The notes under the pieces: model-generated
What the model saw: the letters and a program-made list of their open reading frames with translations, nothing else
The model's database searches: none
What the model was told of the DNA's origin: nothing
In this document: positions 46,203 through 56,993 of the stretch, one piece after another
Layout: each line of letters starts with the position of its first letter
Numbering within the stretch: position 1 is the stretch's first letter
IMG/VR virus record: IMGVR_UViG_3300007754_000852
DNA length: 64,000 nucleotides
Source: a virus
Lineage: Duplodnaviria; Caudoviricetes
Reading direction: 5' to 3' (one strand)
Position numbers and translations under genes: made by a program

Positions 46203-49200
46203 ACTTCTGCACCAGCATTCGACACCATGAAATCAAGTGCAACAAACTCTGCTGTTCTTGTAGGTTGAACGTATATTTTTCCTCTAAGTGTATTATTTTC
46301 GATGTCAGCCTGTGTCGTCGTTGATGTATCAATTACAACCTTGTACCTGTCAACACCGCTCTTCTCCTGAATGCCTTGAAGAATAGGAGTTACAAGAGCA
46401 TTAAATCTATCAAGCGTTTCACTTCTATTCGGTTCAAACAGAAGTGAATTTGCAACTGCCCTGACAGACCTTCTTATCTCGATCAAAAGACGTCTAACAT
46501 TTACCCTATCAAGCGATGACTGTGATGATAAAAGCGTCTTTTGACCCCATACAACGAGCCCTGTTCCTGGGAATGTTGTGATGGGATTTATATCTGCATC
46601 ATATAATTCATCAAGGTTTGCCCTCTTTAAAGGTAATGCAGATCTTTCTGCGCTAAGAGAGCCTCTCGTAAATCCTGCCGGTGCAAACCACGGATGACCA
46701 ATTCTATCATTCTTAGCAAATGCTCCAAGAACGCTAACTGAAGGTGGCACCTGAACATTTGTCAAAGTTGTTGGATCTCTAACAATCGTATCAGGGAAGT
46801 ATGCTGCAGCAAACGATGTGTCAAGAGCTCGATTCTTAAATGCTGCAACTGTGTATCCCACATTAACATTCTGGAGAGATCCTGTGACTATCTGATCTGT
46901 GTTATCTCTTTCCTCAATGTCCATGATATATAGCGCATCAAATCTATCCTCTACTGCATCAACTGCATAGTCTGTAACTGAACTATGTCTTATTCCTGGA
47001 ATTGCAAGAAGCTTAATGTCGACATCAGATTTTGTTTCCATGATGTCAACTGCCTTTCTATATGCTGCAACAGTTGGACCATCAGTTGCACCTTGATTTG
47101 ATGAGTCATCCATTTCCCACATACATGAGTTGTTTAGCAGATCACTCTTGCTCTTGTTAAAGATATTTACTCCGTCAAAACCACCCTGGAGGAAGAATGT
47201 AAACTTAGCAAAGTTTCTATTGCCGCTATTCTTAAGGTCATCCACCTTGAATGCTCTAGTCTTTGTTGTTTCGTTTGCTGTAATTCCACCCTGTCTGGCA
47301 TATGATGCGCTCACCCACTGCCTGGGATCTGCCAGACCATTCGATCCTGTTCTAACCTTGACTCTTTCAAGAGTAAACATGTTATTGTTAAATCTATCTG
47401 CATCAAGAACGGTTCCATTAGAGTCTGCTGCCCCAGCATTGTCTCCAACTGACACATTTCTTACATCATCTCTAAATGTTGGGAAGTACTTGGCAAAGCT
47501 ATCAAGTGTGTTGTCGTGAAGACCTATCTTGTTTGGTTCTGTGATACTTTCCTTTCTTGTAAATTGAACTCCCCAGTAGAGATATGACTTTGCCCTATCA
47601 TTTGGATACACACCTACACTAACTGATTCTCTTAGCGGAGTAGGAGGCTCAACAATATGATGTAACAAGTCTGTAGATCCGGCCCATAGCTGACCCTGAG
47701 TCGCTGTGCCTACACCGTGCAACGGCTGACTACCAGATGTTACTAGATGATGATGTCCTCTTGATCCGAGAGGTAATGCCTCATCAGGAACAGCACCATC
47801 TTTCAAAATTTTACTTTGTTCAATTCTAATAAGATTTGATTGAACCGGATGATCTCCTTCAACAACAAGTCGCTGTGATCCATCATTTCTATCAAAATCA
47901 TAAAATGTTCTCTGGTCACCTATAACCCTGGCAATAAATCTATCAGACGATGGGTTGAGACTTAATCCTCTATATTGTTCAAGAACGACCTTCTCATCAT
48001 CTGAGTCATAAAAGTCTCTTACAATTAGGTCAAATGATCCAAAAAAGCTTGTATCTGACGTTGATTTCTGTATATTCTCAATTGAAATCTTAAACCTTGT
48101 GCTTACTCCTGCACCATCATCAGTTGCATGAACTCTAAACAAATCATACTTTGTTCCACCAAAATCCTGTGATATTACATAGGGAGACTTTGCTGTCGAA
48201 AATCTTGTTTCAAAGCTTTCATAATCTGGAGTTCCTGCAGTTCCTGCATTTCTTCCGTGTGATCCTGTCGTAATAAACGCGACAGGTTCAAGTGTTGGAC
48301 CTCCTGTACCGCCTAGCTGAGTACCGCTTCCAGGATATACATACCCAGCACCTGTAATTACAGCTAAGGATGGATGAATGTCATAGCTAGAATATAAGTA
48401 GTGACCGCTTTCCTCAATCTTAAAAGGGTCTGTGTTAAGAACATCAGCAAAATAATTAGATGATCTTAGATCAAATGAACAGGTTAGCGTGTTTGGATAG
48501 CTATCAGTATCTTTATGACCGTTTAACAGTAGCACAAATTCCTGATTTGATAGATTAACAGCACCTGTTATGCATCCCTGGAGGCTAGCACCGTGATTAC
48601 CTGCAATTGCAGGAGACGTATTTGATGGCTTGCTATTTGATCCCGTTGCATGCTCTGTAGATGCTGACAGCAGAGGTATTACGCCCGATGCTGCCATCAA
48701 AATACCCCTTAGAATTGGAATACATCCATCTCCATTTAGCTCATATTCTGCGCTTGATGCCGACATCGCCCAGTGAGACAGACCTGCATCACTAAACACT
48801 GTTGAACCGGCTGATTCAGACATGTAGCATCCGAAAAAGTGCGTTCTTCCAAGATCACCGTTTGGAACTGCATATGTGTTAACACCTACATTTCCATTTG
48901 TCTGTGGGAGCTTTTGTCCGACAACAAATCCTGCATTTGTCACCTTGCCCGTCGTAGAATTTTTCTTTTTTCCGTCTCCAACACCTAAGACTCTAATATA
49001 TGTTAATGCCTGTGCAGCCTTTAACCATTCATTTACCGCCAGCGGACCAAATCTTTCACCGTCTGTGTTTCCAAACACGCTTGCAAAATCTTTATAGCTA
49101 GCAACTGTTACAGGAACAAATGCTGGACCATCTTCTGCTGTTCCAACTACACCGGCAGGTATGCCAATAGGTCCTGTAGATGTCTTACGACTAGACACAT

Positions 49201-49249
49201 CGATTTCTCGTGTGCTTACTCCTGCGCTTCTAAAAACTATTTCAGCCAT
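46199..49249 (-). CDS. Tail sheath protein 2
   Basis: SAGVSTREID, PWFAPAGFTRG, INPITTFPG, VWGQKTL, RVNVRRLL and PTRTAEFVALDF. Confidence 0.93.
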   Translation of the reverse strand: MAEIVFRSAGVSTREIDVSSRKTSTGPIGIPAGVVGTAEDGPAFVPVTVASYKDFASVFGNTDGERFGPLAVNEWLKAAQALTYIRVLGVGDGKKKNSTTGKVTNAGFVVGQKLPQTNGNVGVNTYAVPNGDLGRTHFFGCYMSESAGSTVFSDAGLSHWAMSASSAEYELNGDGCIPILRGILMAASGVIPLLSASTEHATGSNSKPSNTSPAIAGNHGASLQGCITGAVNLSNQEFVLLLNGHKDTDSYPNTLTCSFDLRSSNYFADVLNTDPFKIEESGHYLYSSYDIHPSLAVITGAGYVYPGSGTQLGGTGGPTLEPVAFITTGSHGRNAGTAGTPDYESFETRFSTAKSPYVISQDFGGTKYDLFRVHATDDGAGVSTRFKISIENIQKSTSDTSFFGSFDLIVRDFYDSDDEKVVLEQYRGLSLNPSSDRFIARVIGDQRTFYDFDRNDGSQRLVVEGDHPVQSNLIRIEQSKILKDGAVPDEALPLGSRGHHHLVTSGSQPLHGVGTATQGQLWAGSTDLLHHIVEPPTPLRESVSVGVYPNDRAKSYLYWGVQFTRKESITEPNKIGLHDNTLDSFAKYFPTFRDDVRNVSVGDNAGAADSNGTVLDADRFNNNMFTLERVKVRTGSNGLADPRQWVSASYARQGGITANETTKTRAFKVDDLKNSGNRNFAKFTFFLQGGFDGVNIFNKSKSDLLNNSCMWEMDDSSNQGATDGPTVAAYRKAVDIMETKSDVDIKLLAIPGIRHSSVTDYAVDAVEDRFDALYIMDIEERDNTDQIVTGSLQNVNVGYTVAAFKNRALDTSFAAAYFPDTIVRDPTTLTNVQVPPSVSVLGAFAKNDRIGHPWFAPAGFTRGSLSAERSALPLKRANLDELYDADINPITTFPGTGLVVWGQKTLLSSQSSLDRVNVRRLLIEIRRSVRAVANSLLFEPNRSETLDRFNALVTPILQGIQEKSGVDRYKVVIDTSTTTQADIENNTLRGKIYVQPTRTAEFVALDFMVSNAGAEV

Positions 49250-49284
49250 TTAGAGTTTCTCCACAAATCATAGATAAATATTTC

Positions 49285-52200
49285 TTACTCAAAACTTACC
49301 CCAGCTGACGTAATGATAAAGTCTATTGCGATAAATTCAACAGCTCTAGTTGGAACTAGAACAATTCTACCGTTTAGTCGATTTTGTTCCACGTCTTCAA
49401 TTGTATTATTAGAACTATCCATTACAACCTTAAATTGATCAATTCCCTGCTGTGTCTGAATAAGAGATAGCAACGGTGTCACCTGTGAGACAAATCTTGC
49501 CCTTGTCTCTGGCGTGTTTTGCTCAAAGACTATCTTGCTTGCTACGTCAGATATTATTCTCTTTGCCTCTAGGAGCATTCTTCTAACGTTAACCCTGTCA
49601 AGAGACGTCTTTGCCTGCTGCAAGGTTTTTTGACCAAAAATAACAAATCCTGCATTTGGGAATGTTGCGATGGGATTTATCTTAGCCTCATAGAGGTCAT
49701 TCTTATCGCTTGCATTTAATCTAGCCTTTGTATTCACGACAAAGTCAAGAGCTGCCCTATTAAATCCTGCGGGAGCAAACCATGGGTATGCTACATTGTC
49801 ATTAAACCCTAGCGCTCCTAGCGCTGCTATGCTTGCAGGCACCTCAACAGACCTGTTGTTTACAGGATCATTAATTGATACATCTGGGAAATATGTTGCA
49901 ACATAATTACTGTCAAGCGCTCTAGCGCTAAATTTCTCTATTGTCTTTTCAACATCAGGTCTTCCCGTGCTATCATAGAATAGCCTGTTATTATCGCCAT
50001 CGTAAGCAGGAGTATCGATGATATAGATAGCCTTTCCGTAGTCTTCAACTAGGTCTGTGACATAATCTGTAACATGACTATCTCTTATTCCAGGAATGAC
50101 AATAATGTTAACTCGTGATGACATCTCATCTGTCAAAATCTCAGCTGCAGCCCTATATGATCTAACTGTGCTATTGTCCTTACCTGAGCCCACTGTCATA
50201 TTTGTTGACAAGCCAATGTTCAATGGATTTCCATCAGTGCTTGATAGATTAGATTCTGACGCCTTTCCTGTGCTATCTGATGAGCTTGCTCTGTCGTTTA
50301 ATCGTGACATATCTCTATCAAGAATATTGACACCGTCAAACCCACCGTAGAAGAAGTTTGTAAATTTAGCATAGTTGGTAAACTTATTAAAGTGCGTAGA
50401 TCCTGTCAGTGAAATGAGTGACGCAAATGTCAGCCTATCATTTGCTGTTCCATCAGATACAACGTATGTTGTCCCTTTTGGCACGCCGTTTCTAATATAA
50501 CATGCCTCAAGCATGTGATCTTTTGCCGTTCCTGTTATCTGGCTTTCGACCGTCTGATTTAGGCCAGGTCTTCCGCTTCCTGTCAATGCATCAGATATAA
50601 CATTTCCTAATGCTACACGAGCCAGTGTAAATTTATTATTATTAAACTCATCAGCACCTGCACCAGTTACAACAAGATCCATCTTGGAGATTCCAAGAAG
50701 CTTGGCATAATTTTCAATAAGCGGGTTTGGCGTGCTTGACACATTAGCATTGAGAATTGACTCATCAAGCGATGAGCTTCTAGGAACTATCTCAAACTTA
50801 GTTCCCCAGTAGAATCTTGCATCAACTCTCTCACTATTTCCTGGTGATCCAGCAAGACCAGATGTCGCAACATTTCCACGAGTCACCTTGAACCTATATG
50901 GGACAGGAGGTAAAATTGATCCTGACAAGAGAGACTCTGCACCTGCAGCAGCAACACTGCTTCCAGATGATTTTCTAGGAGTGAATGCCAGTCTTGACCC
51001 AGGATTTCCAAGATTCTGACCCAGTGACGATGTCAACCCTGTAACAGAATTATCTGCTAGCGTCTCAGTTGTCTTTAGTGACGGAAACCCTCTAAACCCA
51101 AAGGGCAAAGCATCTACAGGTACATTTCCATTCTCAGCATCTACATGCATCACGATTCGAACTCTAGATGACACGTTTGCATACTTTCCAGACATCAAAA
51201 GTCGACGCTCATCTGATGTCTCTGCATCAAAGTTATACGACACCTTTAGATCACCTATCTTTTTAGCAACATAATTTTCATCACTGGGATCTAGCGTACA
51301 TAGAGGGTACTGTTCTAAGACTGACGGATTTGTATCTGTATCACTAAATGATCTTACCTCTACTGTGAAAGTTCCATTCTTATTTTTAGAGTCTGTAGAT
51401 TTTCTAATATTAGAGATCGATACCTTGAATTTTGTATTTGCAGATGCTCCGTCAGATAAAGTTTCAAAATGAAATAGATCATATTCCTTCTCACCATATG
51501 GCTGTGAGATGAACATTGTTGTTCTTGGAGTTGAATATCTTGTGTCAAATCTTCCAAATGCATCTCTAAAGCCCTGATTTGCGGGATTGTCTGATGAAAC
51601 AGCGGCTGTACCAGATACAACTGCTACAGAGTATCTGTGATCTGAAACAGGTGCAATCTCATCTTCAACAGGAAAGTGAGAGTATAGAAGGTGTTGTTCT
51701 TCCTGGAATCTCTCTGGATCTGTATTTAGGACATTTGAAATATAGCTAGGTAGAGACGGATCTAGCGATGCAGTTAACATCTTTACGCCTGGTGATCCAT
51801 CGTGATTGGCAAACTGTGTTGCTGACGATGATATCGCTATCTTGAACGTCTTAAATCTGCTGTCTCCGGTTCCGCTATATACTGTAGCTGTATCTGCAAA
51901 AGCCTCTGCAGTTGAATATGACGAAGTCGCATGTAGAACCTGGATTCTTGTACCTGTGGCACACATTATCATTCCACGAACTAGATAGACATAGTCATCA
52001 CCGCTACTAATTCCATAGCTATCGTTGTCTGTAAAGACAGGAAAGCCTACTGTTTCTCTTGATGCAGAAACAAAATGTCTTGCAACCAAAAATTGAACAG
52101 CACCTTGATGCCTTGTGTCTCCGGGCGTTCCACCTAGCGCTGAACCCTGTATAACAAATCCGGCGTTCTTAACTACACCCTGCTGCTCTGTCTTGTATAT

Positions 52201-52488
52201 GTCAGTCGTTGAATCGTTAGACCCAGCACCAAGAACTCTAACAAACGTCAATGCGCTTCTATTCTTTAGAAATTCTCTAACAGCATACGGTCCAAACTTT
52301 TTATGATCAAGTGTTCCAAAGCGAGACTTGAAATCACTAAATGAACCAACTGTTACAGGGACAAATGCCGGACCCATCTCTGACGTACCTGCAACACCGG
52401 CAGGAACACCGACTGTCTCCGCTTCCCTCTGGGATAGATCGACTTCGCGTTCAAAGAATCCGGGCGACTTAAAGATCTGCTCAGCCAT
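49285..52488 (-). CDS. Tail sheath protein 1
   Basis: SPGFFEREVD, PWFAPAGFNR, INPIATFP, FGQKTL, RVNVRRML and PTRAVEFIAIDF. Confidence 0.93.
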   Translation of the reverse strand: MAEQIFKSPGFFEREVDLSQREAETVGVPAGVAGTSEMGPAFVPVTVGSFSDFKSRFGTLDHKKFGPYAVREFLKNRSALTFVRVLGAGSNDSTTDIYKTEQQGVVKNAGFVIQGSALGGTPGDTRHQGAVQFLVARHFVSASRETVGFPVFTDNDSYGISSGDDYVYLVRGMIMCATGTRIQVLHATSSYSTAEAFADTATVYSGTGDSRFKTFKIAISSSATQFANHDGSPGVKMLTASLDPSLPSYISNVLNTDPERFQEEQHLLYSHFPVEDEIAPVSDHRYSVAVVSGTAAVSSDNPANQGFRDAFGRFDTRYSTPRTTMFISQPYGEKEYDLFHFETLSDGASANTKFKVSISNIRKSTDSKNKNGTFTVEVRSFSDTDTNPSVLEQYPLCTLDPSDENYVAKKIGDLKVSYNFDAETSDERRLLMSGKYANVSSRVRIVMHVDAENGNVPVDALPFGFRGFPSLKTTETLADNSVTGLTSSLGQNLGNPGSRLAFTPRKSSGSSVAAAGAESLLSGSILPPVPYRFKVTRGNVATSGLAGSPGNSERVDARFYWGTKFEIVPRSSSLDESILNANVSSTPNPLIENYAKLLGISKMDLVVTGAGADEFNNNKFTLARVALGNVISDALTGSGRPGLNQTVESQITGTAKDHMLEACYIRNGVPKGTTYVVSDGTANDRLTFASLISLTGSTHFNKFTNYAKFTNFFYGGFDGVNILDRDMSRLNDRASSSDSTGKASESNLSSTDGNPLNIGLSTNMTVGSGKDNSTVRSYRAAAEILTDEMSSRVNIIVIPGIRDSHVTDYVTDLVEDYGKAIYIIDTPAYDGDNNRLFYDSTGRPDVEKTIEKFSARALDSNYVATYFPDVSINDPVNNRSVEVPASIAALGALGFNDNVAYPWFAPAGFNRAALDFVVNTKARLNASDKNDLYEAKINPIATFPNAGFVIFGQKTLQQAKTSLDRVNVRRMLLEAKRIISDVASKIVFEQNTPETRARFVSQVTPLLSLIQTQQGIDQFKVVMDSSNNTIEDVEQNRLNGRIVLVPTRAVEFIAIDFIITSAGVSFE

Positions 52489-52551
52489 TAATTATTCTCC
52501 CATGCACAAATCACTACAGTTTATAAATATCATTCAAAAACCTAAAAGACC

Positions 52552-53769
52552 TTACTCAAATTCTCTGATTAGCTCAATTATTACCCTCGAATTTGCAACG
52601 GTCTCTCCTTTTCTCTGATTGCGCATAAGAACTGGAACAGTTTTCTGAATTTCCTTACCTGTAAATGGATCATTTATCGTCTCAATTATCTGGACATTTG
52701 ACTGTCCCCTTCTACTCTGCTCATCACCTGACTTATCAAGAAGGCTAGTATCGCTAAGGGTAAATTTATTGATATCTCCATCTGAATTGCCACCTTTAGA
52801 CCTTAAGACTACGGGTGACTTTGACTCATAAATTCCAAAATCTATCTGGGGAGCAGATAGAGTCCTTCTAAACGGACTAGACAGCCCAGGGTGCTGTGGG
52901 GCTAAAATATATGCAGGTACAACCATCTTAAACGTATATCTGACAATTCTCTCATCTGATGAAAAATCTGAAAAGTTGTCTGCTGTCCCTAGAGGTGACT
53001 TCAAGTAAGCAACAAACTGATAACCCGAGTCTGTTTCAATTAGAAAATCATGACCCTGTCCTGTAAATCTTGCCATCATCGACTCAATGATCTGATTCAT
53101 CTGAGTCATATATTGTGTCCAGAATGTTATATCATACTCCAAAGTGACAAACGTAGGATATGGAACAGTTATCACCTCAAAAATATTATCCCCTATTTTC
53201 TCTGCAAGAAGATCACCCTTAGAATTTTTAATTGCACTATTTGATTTACTTCTTCGAGATGCAACCCTTCCTTCAATGCTTCCGCTGTGTGGAAACGATG
53301 AGATATTTTCAAAATTATTTTTTGATGCAACGTTTTTTTGGTTTAGAAGACCTAGCTTATTAATAATATTCTGATAATCTCTATCATTCTTGCTCAACCT
53401 TCTTTTAACAATATAGCTCTGTTGATCCTTATGTGAGATAGGTGTTCCATATCCTGACTGTGATGGATCATGTGATATGCTTGTTCTCTTAATTGATATT
53501 ATTGGTAAAATTATTGCGTTATTCTTGTCTCTTATCGGCTGATTTCTTCTAGTTAATGCAAATCTTTCACCTGTTGAGAATACGACAGGAACGCGCGTTG
53601 CCTGATTGTCAACCTCAATTTCAAATGACAGGCGCTTATCAAACAGATGAAATAGAGCTCTATCAGCATCTTCAATTCCAACAGGAGGAATTAAGAAATC
53701 TTCAGGTACACTCGTACCTTCATATGGGTCAGCAATTCCAGAGCGTGATTTCACATCATTAGACATCAT
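52552..53769 (-). CDS. Tail terminator/completion protein (gp15-like)
   Basis: ILPIISIKRT, YPTFVTLEYDITFWTQYMTQMNQIIE and YILAP; position next to the sheath genes. Confidence 0.7.
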   Translation of the reverse strand: MMSNDVKSRSGIADPYEGTSVPEDFLIPPVGIEDADRALFHLFDKRLSFEIEVDNQATRVPVVFSTGERFALTRRNQPIRDKNNAIILPIISIKRTSISHDPSQSGYGTPISHKDQQSYIVKRRLSKNDRDYQNIINKLGLLNQKNVASKNNFENISSFPHSGSIEGRVASRRSKSNSAIKNSKGDLLAEKIGDNIFEVITVPYPTFVTLEYDITFWTQYMTQMNQIIESMMARFTGQGHDFLIETDSGYQFVAYLKSPLGTADNFSDFSSDERIVRYTFKMVVPAYILAPQHPGLSSPFRRTLSAPQIDFGIYESKSPVVLRSKGGNSDGDINKFTLSDTSLLDKSGDEQSRRGQSNVQIIETINDPFTGKEIQKTVPVLMRNQRKGETVANSRVIIELIREFE

Positions 53770-54434
53770 TAACTCTCATCGTAAAATGACGATCCAGCTC
53801 CAGTGCTGTCTCCCTTAGATGAGACCTCTGACGGACCTGAGATTGGCTTTTCAAGAACACCCTTTTTCTGTAAGTCTCTAGAGTCAGCAGTCTCGCCTAA
53901 TCTATTAGATGGGAGTCCTCGTTGCTGAACAAATGTATTTTGAATGGCATCTGAATCTGAATTCATCTCGTCTGTTGGTCCAAACACCTTTGAAATGAAC
54001 TGTCCCTTTCTTGACTGCTTACCTGTTATCGTGACATATGACTTAAATTCGATCTCTCCATATATTGTGCTAGAGTCTGGCACCTGAACCACTTCAAAAA
54101 ATACTGATCCGTAGCTAAAAAAGTCACCCTCTCGTATCTGAATCCCTTTATCGTTTAGATCCTTCTTTTGAATGTATGCCTCAATGGTATAATATTCCTC
54201 GCTACCAAAAATATTTGATCTAATATCTTGCGGCTGATACTTTACAACAGCCTCTATCTCAATTGGATTGTCAAACACCTTGTTTGGAGACTCCTCATAG
54301 ACGTCATGAACATCAGACTTGATCTTAGAGATTGGAAAAAAGTATATCTTTTGACCGATCACATCCTTGACAATCTCTTTTCCAATGTCATTTATAAAAT
54401 CTATCTCTCTTTTTGTTATGAATAGCCTAGACAT
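53769..54434 (-). CDS. Neck/head-closure protein (gp14-like)
   Basis: VIGQKIYFFP...VYEES...REGDFFSYG; neck-gene synteny. Confidence 0.7.
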   Translation of the reverse strand: MSRLFITKREIDFINDIGKEIVKDVIGQKIYFFPISKIKSDVHDVYEESPNKVFDNPIEIEAVVKYQPQDIRSNIFGSEEYYTIEAYIQKKDLNDKGIQIREGDFFSYGSVFFEVVQVPDSSTIYGEIEFKSYVTITGKQSRKGQFISKVFGPTDEMNSDSDAIQNTFVQQRGLPSNRLGETADSRDLQKKGVLEKPISGPSEVSSKGDSTGAGSSFYDES

Positions 54435-54437
54435 CTA

Positions 54438-55613
54438 TTACCCCATAAAAATTGCTAAACCGTTTGGCATAGGAACATACTTCAACTGTTTCTGAATGGC
54501 CTCTGCACGTGCTGCAGCAACTTCCATTAGCTTATCATACGTCATCGTATCAAGCATCTCTCTTAATTGTGTCTTTAACTTATCCTTATCTTCTCTTCCT
54601 TGTGAAACTAAGCCTTCTCCATTTAATTTTAGATCTGATCCTGGGACTGGGATTGATCCGAACTTTGATCTAATTAGTCCTAATTGTTCTCTGCTTAATG
54701 CAAGAGCAAACTGTCTTATCCACTGTCTTCCTATGCTGTTGATATTGTCATACCTTAAATTTCCAAACGGAATGTCTCCAAGATTAGACACTCCGTCTAT
54801 GGTTTCATCTTTATACGCAGGATTGAGGGGATCAGAAAAGAATCTAACTCGTAGAAATAGCTTCTTAGGATCATCCTTTGTTGGTTTTGGAAAAATTCTT
54901 ATCTTTGTTCCAATCACCTCATATGAGTAATTTGACCTTCTAACCCTGTTAGATAGATCTAGCTGTCCAGCACGAAGAATATCTTCAAAAACAGGAAGAA
55001 CATAAAATATAGTCTCAGGTGTGAACGATTCAAATGAAAACTCATTATTGAGATAGTTTATCGCTGATGTTGTATCAAAAAATCTATATGCTGCCTGGGG
55101 AGATACATGAAACACCTCACTTATCTGGACCTTACTTCTAGGGCTAGAGTTCATGCTAGATGAAAATACTAGGTTTCCGGCATAATCCTTTAGCTCATCA
55201 TAGATGTCATAGTCTTGGCGACCTTTCTCAAGGTCGATAGACCCAGATAGCATATTATATGATCCTCCGACGCCTGCCTCAAACGAGTATGGCTCTGCGA
55301 ATCTTGTCAGATAGTCAAGATTTTCCCTTGGGTATTTTTGCTCAGATCCAGACATAATGCTGCCTGTTGGCATTCCAAGAAATTGAACAAGCTGTGACTT
55401 AGCCTGATACTGATTTAATATTGATCCATACTCTAGCAGAGACTCCTCAAGATTTCCCCATATCTGCTTCTTCGTTAGCTCGACACTAAGAACATCATCA
55501 CCCAGCTTTCTCTTTACAAATGTTACAACACTGTCAGCTTCCGTCTGGAAGTCTGACTCACTATCAAAGAAACCAAAAGGAGTAGGATTTGATGTTTGTG
55601 AAAATGTTGCCAC
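54438..55613 (-). CDS. Neck adaptor protein (gp13-like)
   Basis: KRKLGDDVLSVEL, WIRQFALALSREQLGLIRSKF...PGSDLKLNG. Confidence 0.75.
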   Translation of the reverse strand: MATFSQTSNPTPFGFFDSESDFQTEADSVVTFVKRKLGDDVLSVELTKKQIWGNLEESLLEYGSILNQYQAKSQLVQFLGMPTGSIMSGSEQKYPRENLDYLTRFAEPYSFEAGVGGSYNMLSGSIDLEKGRQDYDIYDELKDYAGNLVFSSSMNSSPRSKVQISEVFHVSPQAAYRFFDTTSAINYLNNEFSFESFTPETIFYVLPVFEDILRAGQLDLSNRVRRSNYSYEVIGTKIRIFPKPTKDDPKKLFLRVRFFSDPLNPAYKDETIDGVSNLGDIPFGNLRYDNINSIGRQWIRQFALALSREQLGLIRSKFGSIPVPGSDLKLNGEGLVSQGREDKDKLKTQLREMLDTMTYDKLMEVAAARAEAIQKQLKYVPMPNGLAIFMG

Positions 55614-55718
55614 TTTTTAGCTCTCTATTGATGAACGCACTTCTATTATTAATTATCTACACGACATGAACGATTCCTAAAACAGCGTGGTCATTTACTA
55701 AAAACTTAACGCAAAGAA

Positions 55719-55743
55719 AGCTCGGACGTTATCATTCCGAGCT
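55719..55743 (-). terminator. Probable terminator hairpin
   Basis: AGCTCGGA-9 nt-TCCGAGCT, followed on the minus strand by TTCTTT. Confidence 0.45.
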
Positions 55744-55835
55744 CTCAGTCAGCTTCTGTTTATCACCACAACTAATATCTGATGTAAACCATTGCTTTGC
55801 TATTAAGGTAGATCTGTGTTAAATCTACATAAATA

Positions 55836-56291
55836 TTAGTTTGCTGCTGTATTGACGAATGTCAGTGTTCCGCTAGATGCTAGAACCTGATACTGACGAC
55901 CGTCACATAGCAGTGTAACTGCTGCACCAACAGTTCCTGTTAGCTTTAACTGACCACCATCTAGACGATGGTCAGGAAGACTTCCGCTACCCTCTCTGGC
56001 TCCAAGCCCTGAGGCGCAGAAAATTGACCTTCCATCGACATCAGAGCCAGTTAAACTGTGAACTGGGCTTGTGAGTGACCTAAACGTCCACAGTGAGCCT
56101 GGTACATCAGCTGCCTTTGGCAGTGTTGCAGTTAGTGGTGATGTTGAGTTAAATGTATAAACACCACCTCTAGATACTGTGGCATTTGCTGTTAGTGACG
56201 TTACGTCATAGACGGGAGCCTCTGCAAATTCTATTCCTGACCCTGGCTCTTGGACCAAACCTTTGCTATTTGTTACTTTAACCTTAGGCAT
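55836..56291 (-). CDS. Putative head decoration/fibre protein
   Basis: MPKVKVTNSKGLVQEPGSG and TLPKAA...AVTLLCDGRQY pattern, near the head genes. Confidence 0.55.
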   Translation of the reverse strand: MPKVKVTNSKGLVQEPGSGIEFAEAPVYDVTSLTANATVSRGGVYTFNSTSPLTATLPKAADVPGSLWTFRSLTSPVHSLTGSDVDGRSIFCASGLGAREGSGSLPDHRLDGGQLKLTGTVGAAVTLLCDGRQYQVLASSGTLTFVNTAAN

Positions 56292-56296
56292 GATAA

Positions 56297-56584
56297 TTAA
56301 TTCCTTTTATTTTTCTTATTTTTTGAGGTGACGCTACCCAACATATCACTAACTGATTTCTTCTTAGGTTTTTCAGCTACAACAGACCTCTTTTGTGAGA
56401 CAGGTTTTGCGGGCGTCGGCTTCGCGACAGGTTTCACAACCTTTACCTCAGGAGCATCTTGCTTCAACTCTTGAACAACAGTTCTTGGCTTTTCATCCGC
56501 AGAGACATCATTCTTTACCGGCATTCCATTCTTGTCAACCTTTGTAACCTTACCAAATACCTTTCTTATGGCCCTAATGCCCAT
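56297..56584 (-). CDS. Basic low-complexity hypothetical protein
   Basis: 95 aa, K/P/V-rich, with GAGGA SD and upstream ATATTTAT motif. Confidence 0.65.
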   Translation of the reverse strand: MGIRAIRKVFGKVTKVDKNGMPVKNDVSADEKPRTVVQELKQDAPEVKVVKPVAKPTPAKPVSQKRSVVAEKPKKKSVSDMLGSVTSKNKKNKRN

Positions 56585-56678
56585 CTTAACATCCTCACTC
56601 TATTGAGATTATTTCATCAAATATAAATATACAGATATTGGCAAACTGATCAGTAGAGGATACCACTTTAATAAAATA

Positions 56679-56993
56679 TTAGTGAATTACGATCTCTCTC
56701 ACCTTGTCTCTCATATTATATCTCTCCATCGACATAACTGCACCGTAGGCACCTGCATTCTCAATCAGGATGACATCTCCGGGCCTTGTCTCAGGCATCA
56801 ATCTATTAAATCCCATCACATCTCCGCTCTCACATATGGGACCAACGATCTGATATCTGCTGGCAGGTTCATCATTGAGCCTTGACAGGTTAAAGATCTC
56901 GTGATGCGCCTCATACATCGCTGGGCGGATGAGCGTGTGCATGCCGGCATCAATTCCAATGAACCTGAGGTTGTTCTTCTTTCTTACCTGAGC
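56679..56993 (-). pseudogene. lysA: C-terminal fragment of diaminopimelate decarboxylase (LysA)
   Basis: RFIGIDAGMHTLIRPAMYEAHH, YQIVGPICESGDVMG and ILIENAGAYGAVMS..YN. About 105 aa only; lacks the PLP-Lys barrel and overlaps the upstream gene's 3' end. Confidence 0.8.

Noticed and set aside
36253-52488. Bacterial extracellular contractile injection system (two sheaths, LysM, tube)
   Set aside because: It is contiguous with neck, capsid, scaffold and replication genes, so it is a phage tail.
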